DNA of 64,000 nucleotides from Lingula anatina (Eukaryota > Animalia > Brachiopoda), in the NCBI GenBank assembly GCA_051362555.1, contig CM120643.1, positions 23,688,848 to 23,752,847 on the forward strand, written 5' to 3'. Shown piece by piece: positions 1 to 10,704 of the stretch (positions are counted from its first letter, which is position 1; every line of letters begins with the position of its first letter). Under the pieces are notes generated by a model, which did not search any database, was not told the DNA's origin, and was given only the letters and a program-made list of their open reading frames with translations. The position numbers and the translations under genes are program-made.

Positions 1-1762
1 CCATCATCTGCGTCTGTCGTCGCCGTCGTCGCCGTCGTCGCCGTGCACTTTTACCGATAACACGATAAGTGGAAAACCATTTTACCTTTTGACTTGAAAC
101 TTGCAGAACTGATGAATATTCATAATACGCAGGTCAAGTTCGAAAATCAGCATGATCGGGTCACTTTTAGGGAATTTATGCTGTTTTTTCACTTTTTTCA
201 GCATATATGCAGCACCGATAACACGATAAGTGGAAAACCATTTTACCTTTTGACTTGAAACTTACAGAACTGATGAATATTCATAATACGCAGGTCAAGT
301 TCGAAAATCAGCATGATCGGGTCACTTTTAGGGAATTTATGCTGTTTTTTCACTTTTTTCAGCATATATGCAGCACCGATAACATGATAAGTGGAAAACC
401 ATTTTACTTTTTGACTTGAAACTTACAGAACTGATGAATATTCATAATAGGCAGGTCAAGTTCGAAAATCAGCATGATTGGGCCATTTTTAGGGAATTTA
501 TGCTGTTTTTACACTATTTTCAATATAAATACAACACTGATAACACAATATAAGAAAAACGGATTGGCCAATTGTAATTATACTCACAGGGGTGGTCAAT
601 CTTACTAAAACGCAGGTTGAGTTCGAAAATCAGCATAATCGGGCCATTATTTTAGAAGTTATACTGTTTTTCACATTTACTCAGATTCAATTATTAGGCA
701 TGTTAACAGTCTCATTATTTAACTAATAAGATGCCTAAAAGTGTTTGTTTGATATTTCCTGCATCTTTACAACATTGTTAGTTGATCATGTAAAAAACAT
801 GGTAAATTTGTTATCATGTATTGTGTAATAAAGTGTCAAAAATGGAAATAAACTCATATCATTGCAGTTTGTCAGATTCAATCATCCACTATGTTCAGAA
901 TCTCAGAATGGAGGAAATTGGACATTTAACACTGTTCTATTGATACTTTTCCCATCTCATCAATTTTCTTAGTTGGTCATATAAAATGGCAGTAAAATGT
1001 TTATTTTGTTTTATGTTAAAAAAGTGTTAAAAATGGAAATAAACCCATTTCAGAACAGTGCTGTCTTGTTTACATTTTGGCATTTTCAAGGTGTGACTTT
1101 GAAGTTCCATGGGCCTGAAGACCTTTGCTAGTCACATTTTCTGAATATCTGTGAAACAAATATTTTATAATTAAAAATTGATGGTCATTAAGCTGTTAAA
1201 CATTATGTAATATTGCATCAAAATTTGAAGAAACCCCTATTTTGGGCACTGCTCCCATGATGACCATTTAAGGAAAATCATGTCACTTACTGTTCTCAAA
1301 CTTACAGGAAAGAAACATGGGACTAAAATACAGCTTCAGTAGGCAATGCAGTCTGTTTGGTAAATTTTTCTGGCAATTAAACAGTTTTTTGTGAAAATTT
1401 AATTTTTCACATATTGGCATTTCCAAGGTGTGACTTCGAACCTCCACGGGCTTGAAGACCCATGCTAGTCACATTTTGTGAAAATCCATGACGCTTATAT
1501 TTTATTATTAAAAATCGATGATCATTATGCTGTTAAGCATTATGTAATGTTGCATTAAAATAGAAGAAAACACAATTTTTGGTGCTGCTGCCTTGATGAC
1601 CATTATGGGAAAACCGTGTTACTTATGACTGTCAAACTTTCAGTCTGTTTGGTAAATTTTTGTGGCAATTTAACAGTTTTTTGTGAAAATTTAATTTTTC
1701 ACTTATTTGCATCTTTATTTTCTGTTCTTTGTCTGTACATTTGACAGCTTTGCTGCCTTGTT
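1..1762 (+). mobile_element. Non-autonomous Helentron/DINE-1-like element, family A (left end cut by the window), upstream of the first visible RNF31 exon
   Basis: CGTCGC microsatellite, 161-bp tandem repeats, 3' subTIR TGTCTGTACAT plus hairpin CAGCTTTGCTG and terminal CCTTGTT. Confidence 0.8.
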
Positions 1763-2220
1763 ATAATTAAAATATAAAGGTCAGTCAGTTAAAATATTAA
1801 CCTCACGTTACCTGGAGGTCTGCTATGGAAATCTTGAGGATGGGAAGGTCAAGAGGGAAATTTCTGACTTAATTCCAAACTGTGGTTCACATTCCCAAAA
1901 TAAGGTGCCAGTGACATTGAAAGCTACTTAAATACAATTTAGAGTGATGTTTTAGTATTCTAGTAAAATGATGTGCCACATAATATCATAGCAATTATTT
2001 ATTGATAGTTGGAATAAACTAAAATTATAACATTTTTCCCAAAACAGTGTTTGATTTTGTAATGCTAAAAAATTATGATTTAAAAGTTTGGCTTCAGGAT
2101 GAAAAGTATATTTTTATTAATGACTAAACATGAAAAATCTTGAAAAATTGACACAATTGTCAATGAATAAGTTGGACGTTCTAAAGTACTAATGACTGTA
2201 TGTGATATGGTTTATTCCAG

Positions 2221-2372
2221 GAGCTAGACCTAAACAAGCTACACAGCCGGGGGTGTCGGGCCCTCGCTCTGGGAATTATGGAGGCGGAGATGATGTGCTG
2301 GCTGAGCTGGCCAAGAAGAAAGACCTGGAGGCCCTTAGGACTGAGGGAAGCAGTATTATAAAACTTTTGAGG
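2221..2372 (+). CDS. RNF31: RNF31 exon (pre-UBA)
   Basis: ttccag|GAGCT...TTGAGG|gtaagt; ends LRTEGSSIIKLLR, like HOIP REGLQLVSMIR. Confidence 0.8.
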
Positions 2373-5300
2373 GTAAGTGCGAAATTAACCCAAGCATTCC
2401 ATCTGCCTTGTAGGGTAAAAACTTGGAAAATTTAGTCGGTCGTTTAGATTTTGTCAGAACTTGATTCTTCGCTGACATAATTTTTTCACTGAAAATTTTG
2501 TCAAACTTGAAAATGGGCCTCTCAATAATTTTGAAAAGTCCATTCACTAAAATAGCAGTCAGATTCATGCGTTTTAAAAGATTAATTAATTTATTTCAAA
2601 GTCTGAAATTTCAAAAGTTTTTACCATTAATCACTCAGTTACTTTGTTGAAATTTCTTTCAATCAACAGAAAAGGTTATTTTAATGCACCAATGCAAATT
2701 CTTGTTTACACTATCACTAGCCAAAAAATGAATTTTCCTGGAGTAAACAACAATTTTCCCATATTTACCAATGGTTAATGAATCCATTTTTACATTCAAA
2801 TTTAGTCCCTGTTTTTTTTTTTATAAAAAGTTTAATTTTTCTGTAAAATCTCTTAAGAGATTTTAACAGAGTATAGCCATCAATGGAGGTCACATGGTCT
2901 AAAGACAAGCTCAGATATCAGAATAATAGCTATAACTGCTGTTTTGTGGTAAAACAGAATTTATTATATTTCTATGAGTTCTTCACAATGTTTTTATTGT
3001 GAAATATAGATCTCATATGAAGAGTTATTATCCCTTTAAGGACCTCGATGAAGGTGCCTACGATAGTGATGAGATTGACCTGGCTCTGGATATGAGGAAA
3101 GAGGGCCAGAACCCCAAGAATTGGTTGGAAGAGGACTGGGAAAGTATAATAGAAACACTGCTGGTGTATTACCAGCAGGCAGGAGACAAGATGGAGGGGG
3201 AAAACCTGGGTAGGCTCTCCAGTTTAGAGGCCAAAGCAGCACTGAAGAAGCATGGGGGAAATGTTCAGGCTGCACTGACAGAATGTATTGAATCTAGGAA
3301 GGAGAAGGTAGTCTAATATACTGACTTTGATGGGTTGTATTGTGTCATTTATAACTGACACTGGCTCCTTATTTTAAATTTAAATTAAGTCTTGTGTAAT
3401 AAGGATACCTACATGCAATAGGATAACAAAATATTTTATTACCTGAATGTTATGGTGCACTCGACACAATGTTTGTCACATGGTTTTCGAGTTCCTGCAC
3501 TTGTAGTCAGGCGACAAGAAGCACCACTTTAACCTTTTGTTATAATTACAACTTTTGTTTAACTTTGAAAGCTTTTATAGTAGATATGATAGGTGCACTA
3601 GACATTCTGCTTGTCAGTAATTTGCATCAACATAAACATATTATTTGCACAAGTTATTGCAATGAAGAAATAATGCTAAAAAAAGTTTTGACGTACCCTT
3701 CATTTCAGTACACAGACCTGGCACATGGCAGTGAGTTCAAAAGGGAACAGATTCTTGAAGCACTCCATCAGAATAAGGGGGATGTGGAAGAGGCATTAAA
3801 ACAGCTTAACAAGGAGGTGCTTCATCCGTTTTTAGCCTCAGTGTGGGCAGGAAGGGAAGAGGAGGAGAGGGACGAGATCGAGGGCACCAATAATGAGAGA
3901 TCTATACATGATGAACAACATATTAAGGATGTGATATTCAACAAGGATGTTGATGAGGAGGTAAAATGATCACTGTCATGTTGGGATTTATTTCAAGATT
4001 TTATGATTATTTATTTCAAGATTTTATGATGAACAGTAAGATAAATGTTGAGTTTTATCCAACCTGGAATTCATGAATAAATGATCATATTCTATGGTAA
4101 TAGCGTCATGTCCCATGAAAGAAGCACACATTGATATGCCAAATGTGACACAAAATTGCAACCGTACGTGTCCAAGCAGGAAAAATCCACATTTTTAAGT
4201 TAACTGTAAGATCATACTAAATTTCAGAGACGTATACGTCTTCTACTTGTGGAAGGCAACTTACAAGGCTGGGAGAGAGGAAAGTTGGCGCTGAAGATTG
4301 CAGACAATATAGATGACCTGGAAGGGTCTCCTACATTGGAAGAAGTAGTAGATGCCTCCAAAAATAGCAATGGCACCTACCAGGAAGCCATCAAATATCT
4401 GCAGACAGAATGCATGGTCTGTTTTGAGAAACAACCAATGAATAGGGTAATGTTTTGTTATTTCGAAAATTTGTAAAAAAAAGGATTTACTTAAGAAATT
4501 TTTGTTATATGTAAAATTAAATAGTTACTGAAATATTGTGGTTTTATATCTACATGAATGTCACTGGGTATATTAAGCATGAAAACCTCACAACTTTAAT
4601 CAACCTTGTAAGTAATTACTCAATCATAACAGGGACTCTCAAATTTTGCCTAAAAACAATAAATAAGCTACAGTACATTGTTTCTAGTACTCTTTGAAAT
4701 TAATGAAAAATATCTTTATTGGGTGCTTTTTTTCATTGCCATCATAGATTAGAATACTTTTTGTGCATATGGCTGTAGCTTTGTGTTGTTTCTTATGTAA
4801 TTATATTAATCGAACCTTACCTGATTGTACCTTATTAGTCGAGGGGAAATCAACAAAATAAAACCTATCTCTTGTACAGATCCGCACCCTTGCCCTTTGT
4901 CACTGCTACATCTGCCGAGGGTGCCTGAAGCAAGGATTTGAGGTGTACATCAAAGATCGCCATGTGAAGGACTGGATTTGTCCTAATTGTAGTGAACCAG
5001 ACATTGATGATGAGGATATAGCTTCAAGGCATTTCCAGTTTTTGGATTTGATGGTAAGAATGATGATGAAATTTCAGTATAGTTGCTGCTTTTGCCGGGA
5101 AAAGTATCTTACTTTAGATTCAGCACAATAATCATAATTTAATTATTATAATAATGTGTATACTAGTATATTCCTGAAATTTAAGCTGTTGATCTATTTT
5201 ACCTTTTAATAAATGTACAATGCATCTGAACCACTCTAAAGATTTATATAAGTTGTAGTGTCATTTTTTCTTTACATAGAAAACAATGGTTTTCATTAAT

Positions 5301-8300
5301 AAATTCATGGGTGCATAATTCTTACTAGTATTTATGGTTGTGAAAGTATTGAAATGTGTTCAGAAAAGCAGGGAAAAGAATGCATTTATTATTTTGAAGA
5401 TGTAGAAAAAGATTTAAGTTATATAGAAAAAAGGTTTTGAAAAAAGATGCTTTTGAGATAAACATTTCATGAATCCCATTTCAGCTGCAGAATTTAGTTG
5501 CAAGAGATCTTTATGAACTGTTTCAACAGAAGCTGCGAGACTGGAACTTGATGAAGGAGGAAAATTTTAGATGGTGTGCACATGTGAGTAGTTCTATCAG
5601 TTATTCTCAAACTGACTGTAAAAGTAAAGTACTTGCTTGGAATTGCAATATAATGCAAATTTGAATGCAAAGCATTCTGAAAAAAAAATGTACCTTTTAT
5701 TGACAGATAAAGATATTGCTTGAGGTTGCCATCAAATACTTTAACCCAGTCCATGTTATACGTATCCTTTTAACTTATTTGTATTGTATTTTATTTGTTA
5801 AGTCTATAGAACATATTTTATGGAATTAAGACTAAATAAATAAATAAGTAAAATGAATGAACACATTATTGCTATTTGTAGTGTGATAATGGATTTATAT
5901 GGAATCCTGAGGAAGGTGCTGGAAATAACCTGAAGATGAATTGTCCCAAGTGTTTAAAGGGCACTTGTTATGGATGCAAGAAACATGTATGTATCAATAC
6001 CTTTCAGATCACCACAATATTTTCTGTTTCATAGCTTATGTGAGTAGGTGAAATTCTCTCTTTTTTAAAAAATCAAGTGGGTGATACTTGTATAATTATA
6101 AGCAAAACAGGTCCTGGACCATGTTAGAGATTTCCTTACAGAACATAAGTGTTGCATGTATTAAAGAGTTACAGTTAATAAGGGCCTTTTTTTCACAATA
6201 AGTGATATACATGAGTGATACAGTTGAATAGGTACACATGGAGAGGTCCTGACATCTAATTATTCAAGTGGGGGACTTAACTCCCTTTCTTCACAAGGTC
6301 ATCTCCTGCTGTTGGGGTAGGTTTATTAATTACATATATAGTAAGTTAATAGTGAAATGATCTACATTGCTTCTGCAGACCTGACAGATGGAGAAAAATT
6401 ATAACTTATTCACAATTTCTTGCAGTGGGAAGCTGCACACGAGGGTCTGACATGTGAGGCATTTGCGGACTGGAAGGAGTCGAATGATCCCGAGTTACAG
6501 GCTCAGGGACTGGCTAAACACTTAGAGGAGAATGGCATAGGTGAGCCTTCAGTTTGTAGTAGGAGAAAACTCAAATAATAAATTATTATATAATCATTAT
6601 GAAATATGAGCTAATGAAATACAGTTCAGTTCTTTTATCCCACACTGATGCATACATATTATAGCCTTCAGGTTGCTTATTAATGTATTATTATATTGGT
6701 ATAATAGACCCATCACACAAGAGAAAATAACAGTTGACATTTGGGTGCAATTATGCTATTTCAATTATGTTTGCCAAGCTTGCAGTATTTCAAAGGTTTT
6801 CACTCATTCAGCTGAGTATAAAATGCACATGTATGTCACGAAAAAGATGTGATACCAGTATTAAAACCTGCGATGTCTCTGTTGTTCCCCAGATTGCCCC
6901 AACTGTAACTTCCGCTATGCTCTGGCCAAGGGTGGCTGCATGCACTTTAAGTGTACGCAGTGTCGTCACGAGTTCTGCGCAGGCTGTTACCAGGCCTTCA
7001 AGAGAGCAGAGGTATGTTTATGTGATCACCGTGGTATTAGCATGTTTAACTTTTTTATTAGGGAGAGGGAGGGGGCACAAATTGCCTAGCAAAAGCAAAT
7101 AAAAATCAGTACATGGTGTGCGTGTGCATGTGTTATAATTGTTATCTTCATCTTGTCACATTTTACATGTAAGAAATGGGGATGGTGTTTCAATTTAGTG
7201 TAAGATATAGGTCCTTTAAGATATTTAAATATGACATGCATCCTAGTCACACTATTTGTGTTTTACATGCAGTATATTAAAAATATTGCAGAATTGTAGT
7301 GTCGGCCAAGGGGCTTATTAGAGTTCCTAATAAAACTTAATTATCTTCAACTTTGTGTATTACATGCAGTATATTTACAATATTGCAGAATTGTAAGATG
7401 TACAGTAAGTGTGCCACGTCTGGCCTACACTGTCACCACCCCAGAGACTGCCTGTTCTACCTGAGAGACAACTCTGTCAAAGACCTGCAGAAACTGCTAC
7501 AGGTAAGCTAGGCTATGTCTGGTCAGTGTATTTTGTTTATACCAGTAATTTTCTGGCGCTTTCTGCTGTTTTTAAGTATGGTTAACAACATTATTTGATA
7601 GCTGTTATGTACCTGTGGTTGAGGCTAGTAACTATCATGTCTGAAGATTGAATGTACTAGACAGTATTTCTTGGATTATTGATTAAGATGCTAATTTTAA
7701 ACTAGGGTCTGATTAATCAGTGTTATTTCAAAAAATAAACCGTTATTGAGTATTTTCCAAACTACAGCAAAGATAACCATGTGCCATGCACAGTGATGGA
7801 AAATTTCTGTAAGGCAGACAGAAAAATATTTGATATAACTGTTGTCTAGTAAAAAATTTGATATATATGTAACTGTTGTCTTGTAACACTAATTTATTTT
7901 CCCCCATGTCAGGATAATGAGATACAGTTTGACACGGAGCAGCCGCCCCCAGTGGAGGGAGAAGAGCCACGTGATCGTAATGCGTGTCGTGTGATGGAAC
8001 AGAAGGAGACGGTTGATGGATTAAAGGATGAGTTCTGCGGACGTCAAGTTCCCCCACGCTATGCTGGGTTGTGCGAGTAAGTACTGCTACTAGACTGAGA
8101 CCAAATGTGCAATATAGTTTGACCAGTGTTAGCTGAACTTTCTTAGCCATGTGAAGACTGTATTCTGTGGACGTATCTTGTATCCGTCTCCTCCTCATCC
8201 TCCACTTATTCTTTCTCCCCTGAAGTTTCCTTAAAACATGATTTACAAATTGGTCTTTTTAACTTTATATATATGAAAGGTGAAGCAGGAGATTTATTTA

Positions 8301-9313
8301 TTTTTTTTTACCCAAGAATACTGCAAGCTGTTATTTAATTTGTTGTCATCAAACTGAAAATATTGTGCAATGATTCCTGTGTCCTTAAGGTACGGTACAC
8401 ATACTCCCCATAACTGACACGGTACATATGTACATATGTAACTTGAAAATATGAACAAATGTTATTGTGTTGAACAGATTTTCTTTCATTTGATATTAGC
8501 TAGCTGAACCTTCATGAATGAACACATTTTTAGATCAAATAGTATTTTGCATTATATTTAGTATAACACCAAAACTTTAAAACTGATTTTTTTTCTCCCC
8601 AGGATCCACTATAAGGAGTACCTTGTTAGTCTAATCAACAGACACCATATTGACCCCTTAATTATACTGTCACTAAATGAAATCAAATTGGTGCTGGGAA
8701 GAGTAGACAAGCAACCGCTAAAAAGGAATAAAGGAGAGAAAGATCCCGACTACAAGAAAAGGTTGATAGAGGTAAGTTGAATAGCTGATGGGTTAAAAGT
8801 ATATCCAATAAATTCTTAATCATATCTTAATTTTATGTTAAAGGGAGTGTTTCCTTAGTTTTTATTAATGTGGTATTTGTAGATGCTCTCTTCCCCTTGA
8901 AGTACTGTCCTTAATTGCCACATTGTTTTATTTACTATATTATGTAATTTACTGTATCATATAATCCAAAGTAATCATAATGATTTTTAACTTTAAAGGC
9001 AACTTCAGTTTAACATTATCTTTAAATATGTATGCTGATTAAATGCCAAAGAATGCATATACAGAGAGATGAGATTTATTCAAATATATTTAATAGGCAT
9101 AATAATAATTATTGTATCTATACCCTCTGCCCATAGAGCTGTGCACATTGAATGCTAGCATTTTTAGGATTTTTTTATATGGTAATTTTTCATAACTGTT
9201 ACAAGGCTTTTTAACATGTAACTTTCTCTCCTTTACAGTTTGTTCAAAGAGAGGTCCCCCTCACCTCTATGAGACCCAGTCACAGGGCGAGATCCAGACC
9301 CACTGCAGTATGA
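2221..9313 (+). CDS. RNF31: RNF31/HOIP RBR E3 ubiquitin ligase, 3' part (UBA-RING1-IBR-RING2-LDD); 13 exons, 5' exons outside the window
   Basis: Exons 2221-2372, 3041-3307, 3709-3960, 4228-4446, 4880-5053, 5485-5583, 5882-5986, 6426-6540, 6893-7011, 7389-7502, 7913-8076, 8603-8771, 9239-9313 have GT/AG ends and consistent phases. The protein matches recalled HOIP motifs: NDPELQAQGLAKHLEENGIDCP, YALAKGGCMHF (catalytic C/H), HHPRDCLFYLRD, CRVMEQKE, HYKEYLVSLIN. Confidence 0.95.
2720..3035 (+). mobile_element. Left-truncated TTAA-target (Kolobok/T2-like) MITE
   Basis: Near-identical to 16030-16140 plus 17850-18044; ends AGAGTTATTATCCCT+TTAA. Confidence 0.75.
3041..3307 (+). CDS. RNF31: RNF31 exon (UBA region)
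   Basis: tttaag|GAC...GAGAAG|gtagt; EAKAALKKHGGNVQAALTECIESRKEK. Confidence 0.88.
3709..3960 (+). CDS. RNF31: RNF31 exon (UBA)
   Basis: tttcag|TAC...GAG|gtaaaa; EALHQNKGDVEEALKQL. Confidence 0.9.
4228..4446 (+). CDS. RNF31: RNF31 exon (start of RING1)
   Basis: tttcag|AGA...AGG|gtaatg; RRIRLLLVEG...WERGKLAL...ECMVCFE. Confidence 0.9.
4880..5053 (+). CDS. RNF31: RNF31 exon (RING1)
   Basis: gtacag|ATC...ATG|gtaaga; CHCYICRGC...WICPNCSEPD. Confidence 0.92.
5485..5583 (+). CDS. RNF31: RNF31 exon (RING1-IBR linker)
   Basis: tttcag|CTG...CAT|gtgagt; YELFQQKLRDWNLMKEENFRWCAH. Confidence 0.92.
5882..5986 (+). CDS. RNF31: RNF31 exon (IBR)
   Basis: ttgtag|TGT...CAT|gtatgt; CDNGFIW...CPKC...CYGCKKH. 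Confidence 0.92.
6426..6540 (+). CDS. RNF31: RNF31 exon (IBR end)
   Basis: ttgcag|TGG...ATAG|gtgagc; WEAAHEGLTCEAFADWKESNDPELQAQGL. Confidence 0.94.
6893..7011 (+). CDS. RNF31: RNF31 exon (RING2, catalytic Cys)
   Basis: ccccag|AT...GAG|gtatgt; CPNCNFRYALAKGGCMHFKCTQCRHEFCAGCY. Confidence 0.95.
7389..7502 (+). CDS. RNF31: RNF31 exon (RING2/LDD)
   Basis: ttgcag|AAT...CAG|gtaagc; GLHCHHPRDCLFYLRD. Confidence 0.94.
7913..8076 (+). CDS. RNF31: RNF31 exon (LDD)
   Basis: tgtcag|GAT...GCGA|gtaagt; CRVMEQKETVDGLKDEFCG...YAGLC. Confidence 0.94.
8603..8771 (+). CDS. RNF31: RNF31 exon (LDD)
   Basis: ccccag|G...GAG|gtaagt; HYKEYLVSLINRHHIDP. Confidence 0.94.
9239..9313 (+). CDS. RNF31: RNF31 terminal coding exon
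   Basis: ttacag|TTT...; FVQREVPLTSMRPSHRARSRPTAV* (EVPL as near the HOIP C-terminus). Confidence 0.85.
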   Translation, partial: FVQREVPLTSMRPSHRARSRPTAV

Positions 9314-9524
9314 AGAACTTTCTCTCAAGTTGTTATAAAATTTACTGAAACTTCATTTCCTTAAGAAAAAAAAAAAAAAAGAGACAGATTTCCCAGTGAA
9401 AAGAATGAATTTAATTGTGGAAGATGACATTTTGGCAATTTCAAAATAATTGCATTAAAATTATGTTTAATTATTTTACTTCTGTTATTTTGCTTCTGCT
9501 ACCAACGTGTATGAAGCTGTGACA

Positions 9525-9530
9525 AATAAA
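9525..9530 (+). terminator. Candidate polyadenylation signal for RNF31 (second AATAAA at 9968-9973)
   Basis: AATAAA ~210 nt after the stop codon; AT-rich context makes chance occurrence likely. Confidence 0.35.
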
Positions 9531-10561
9531 AAAGAGGATATTTTTTCCATTTCGTTGCAATTCATTCAGATTCTAGCTGTATTTTTAGGCAAGAGTACAT
9601 TTTAACTTCAGAAAAGGAATAGTGTAAGCTTAATGTGATTTTAACAATTAAATAGACTTCTGGAAGTCTCTAAAAAGCATATGTGGTGCTTTGTTGTAAA
9701 GTTGCTGTTGACTCTAAATACCCTCATTACAACATGATTATATCATAGTAATAATATCATAGTATAATAATACTATTTTATGTTACTGTGCATGTGTGCA
9801 GTTACATGGTGTTATTGTTATTTATATATTATTGTTGACTGTCAAGAAGTAATTTTATGGGTGTCTCGCTTGTTTTCACATTATGTAATACATGTAGTAG
9901 GTTTGCACACTCCAGTATCCATTTCACCATAACAGTATGAAACGAAATAGTGATGTAACGTACATGCAATAAACTGAAATAATTCCCTACCAGCTGTACC
10001 AGTTATATTTCTGTGGTGTATATTCTCATTAAAACACCCACAAAATTAACTGATTTTACAAGGCTTTAGCAAATTGAATTTTGCATTTTTTGTATCTGCT
10101 TTGATTCCATTTTAACACTAAAATATGCGATTATATAACCGCGCAGCGGCAATTTCAGATAAGTGTTGAGGCAAGCAAACCAACGAAAGTTAAATGTAAC
10201 ACGTTTTCATTTTCCAACACTGAAATGTGAAAGTTTCATATAACTGTTTATATAAATACAATTTCAAAAGGGGGGTTCTTTTTCTGAAAAAGTGGACCTT
10301 TTTCCATTAAACCTTCATGTACCAAGCTAAGATTTTACCCAGAAGGGACCTTTTCCCAGCAAAAGGGGTTCCCCCGAACCCCCCCCCCCCCCCCCCGGGC
10401 TACGGGCCTGATATAACACTAATAAGGAGACATGCGTTACACGCGTTATTCAACTTATTCCAGTTATTTACTTGAAAGTTTATTGTAAAGCAAGTTGTTA
10501 ACGATTAGCGATCAACGTCCCCTCTTGATTAAGAGCGACATCTATCAAACATCTGGTTCCG

Positions 10562-10571
10562 GGGGATTTCC
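10562..10571 (+). promoter_or_regulatory. Candidate NF-kB site upstream of the RIPK gene
   Basis: GGGGATTTCC fits GGGRNWYYCC, ~110 bp before ATG 10684. Confidence 0.45.
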
Positions 10572-10683
10572 AAGTCTATTTTTAGGACACCAGGAAAATT
10601 TTCAGCTTCAATTTCAAGCTGGGAGTAATGTGAATATTATCATCAAAAGGTAGTGCTTATCCTGGCGAAAATGTAAAATAAAG

Positions 10684-10704
10684 ATGGCTCAAGGCACGTT
10701 ACAG
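10684..10704 (+). CDS. RIPK exon 1 (putative start, MAQGTLQ)
   Basis: aagATGG Kozak-like context; CAG|gtatga donor; phase 0 matches the next exon. Confidence 0.6.

Noticed and set aside
6734-7102. 122-aa plus-strand ORF
   Set aside because: Alternative frame overlapping the RING2 exon; the true frame is different.
7743-8198. 151-aa minus-strand ORF
   Set aside because: Antisense shadow of RNF31 exon 7913-8076.
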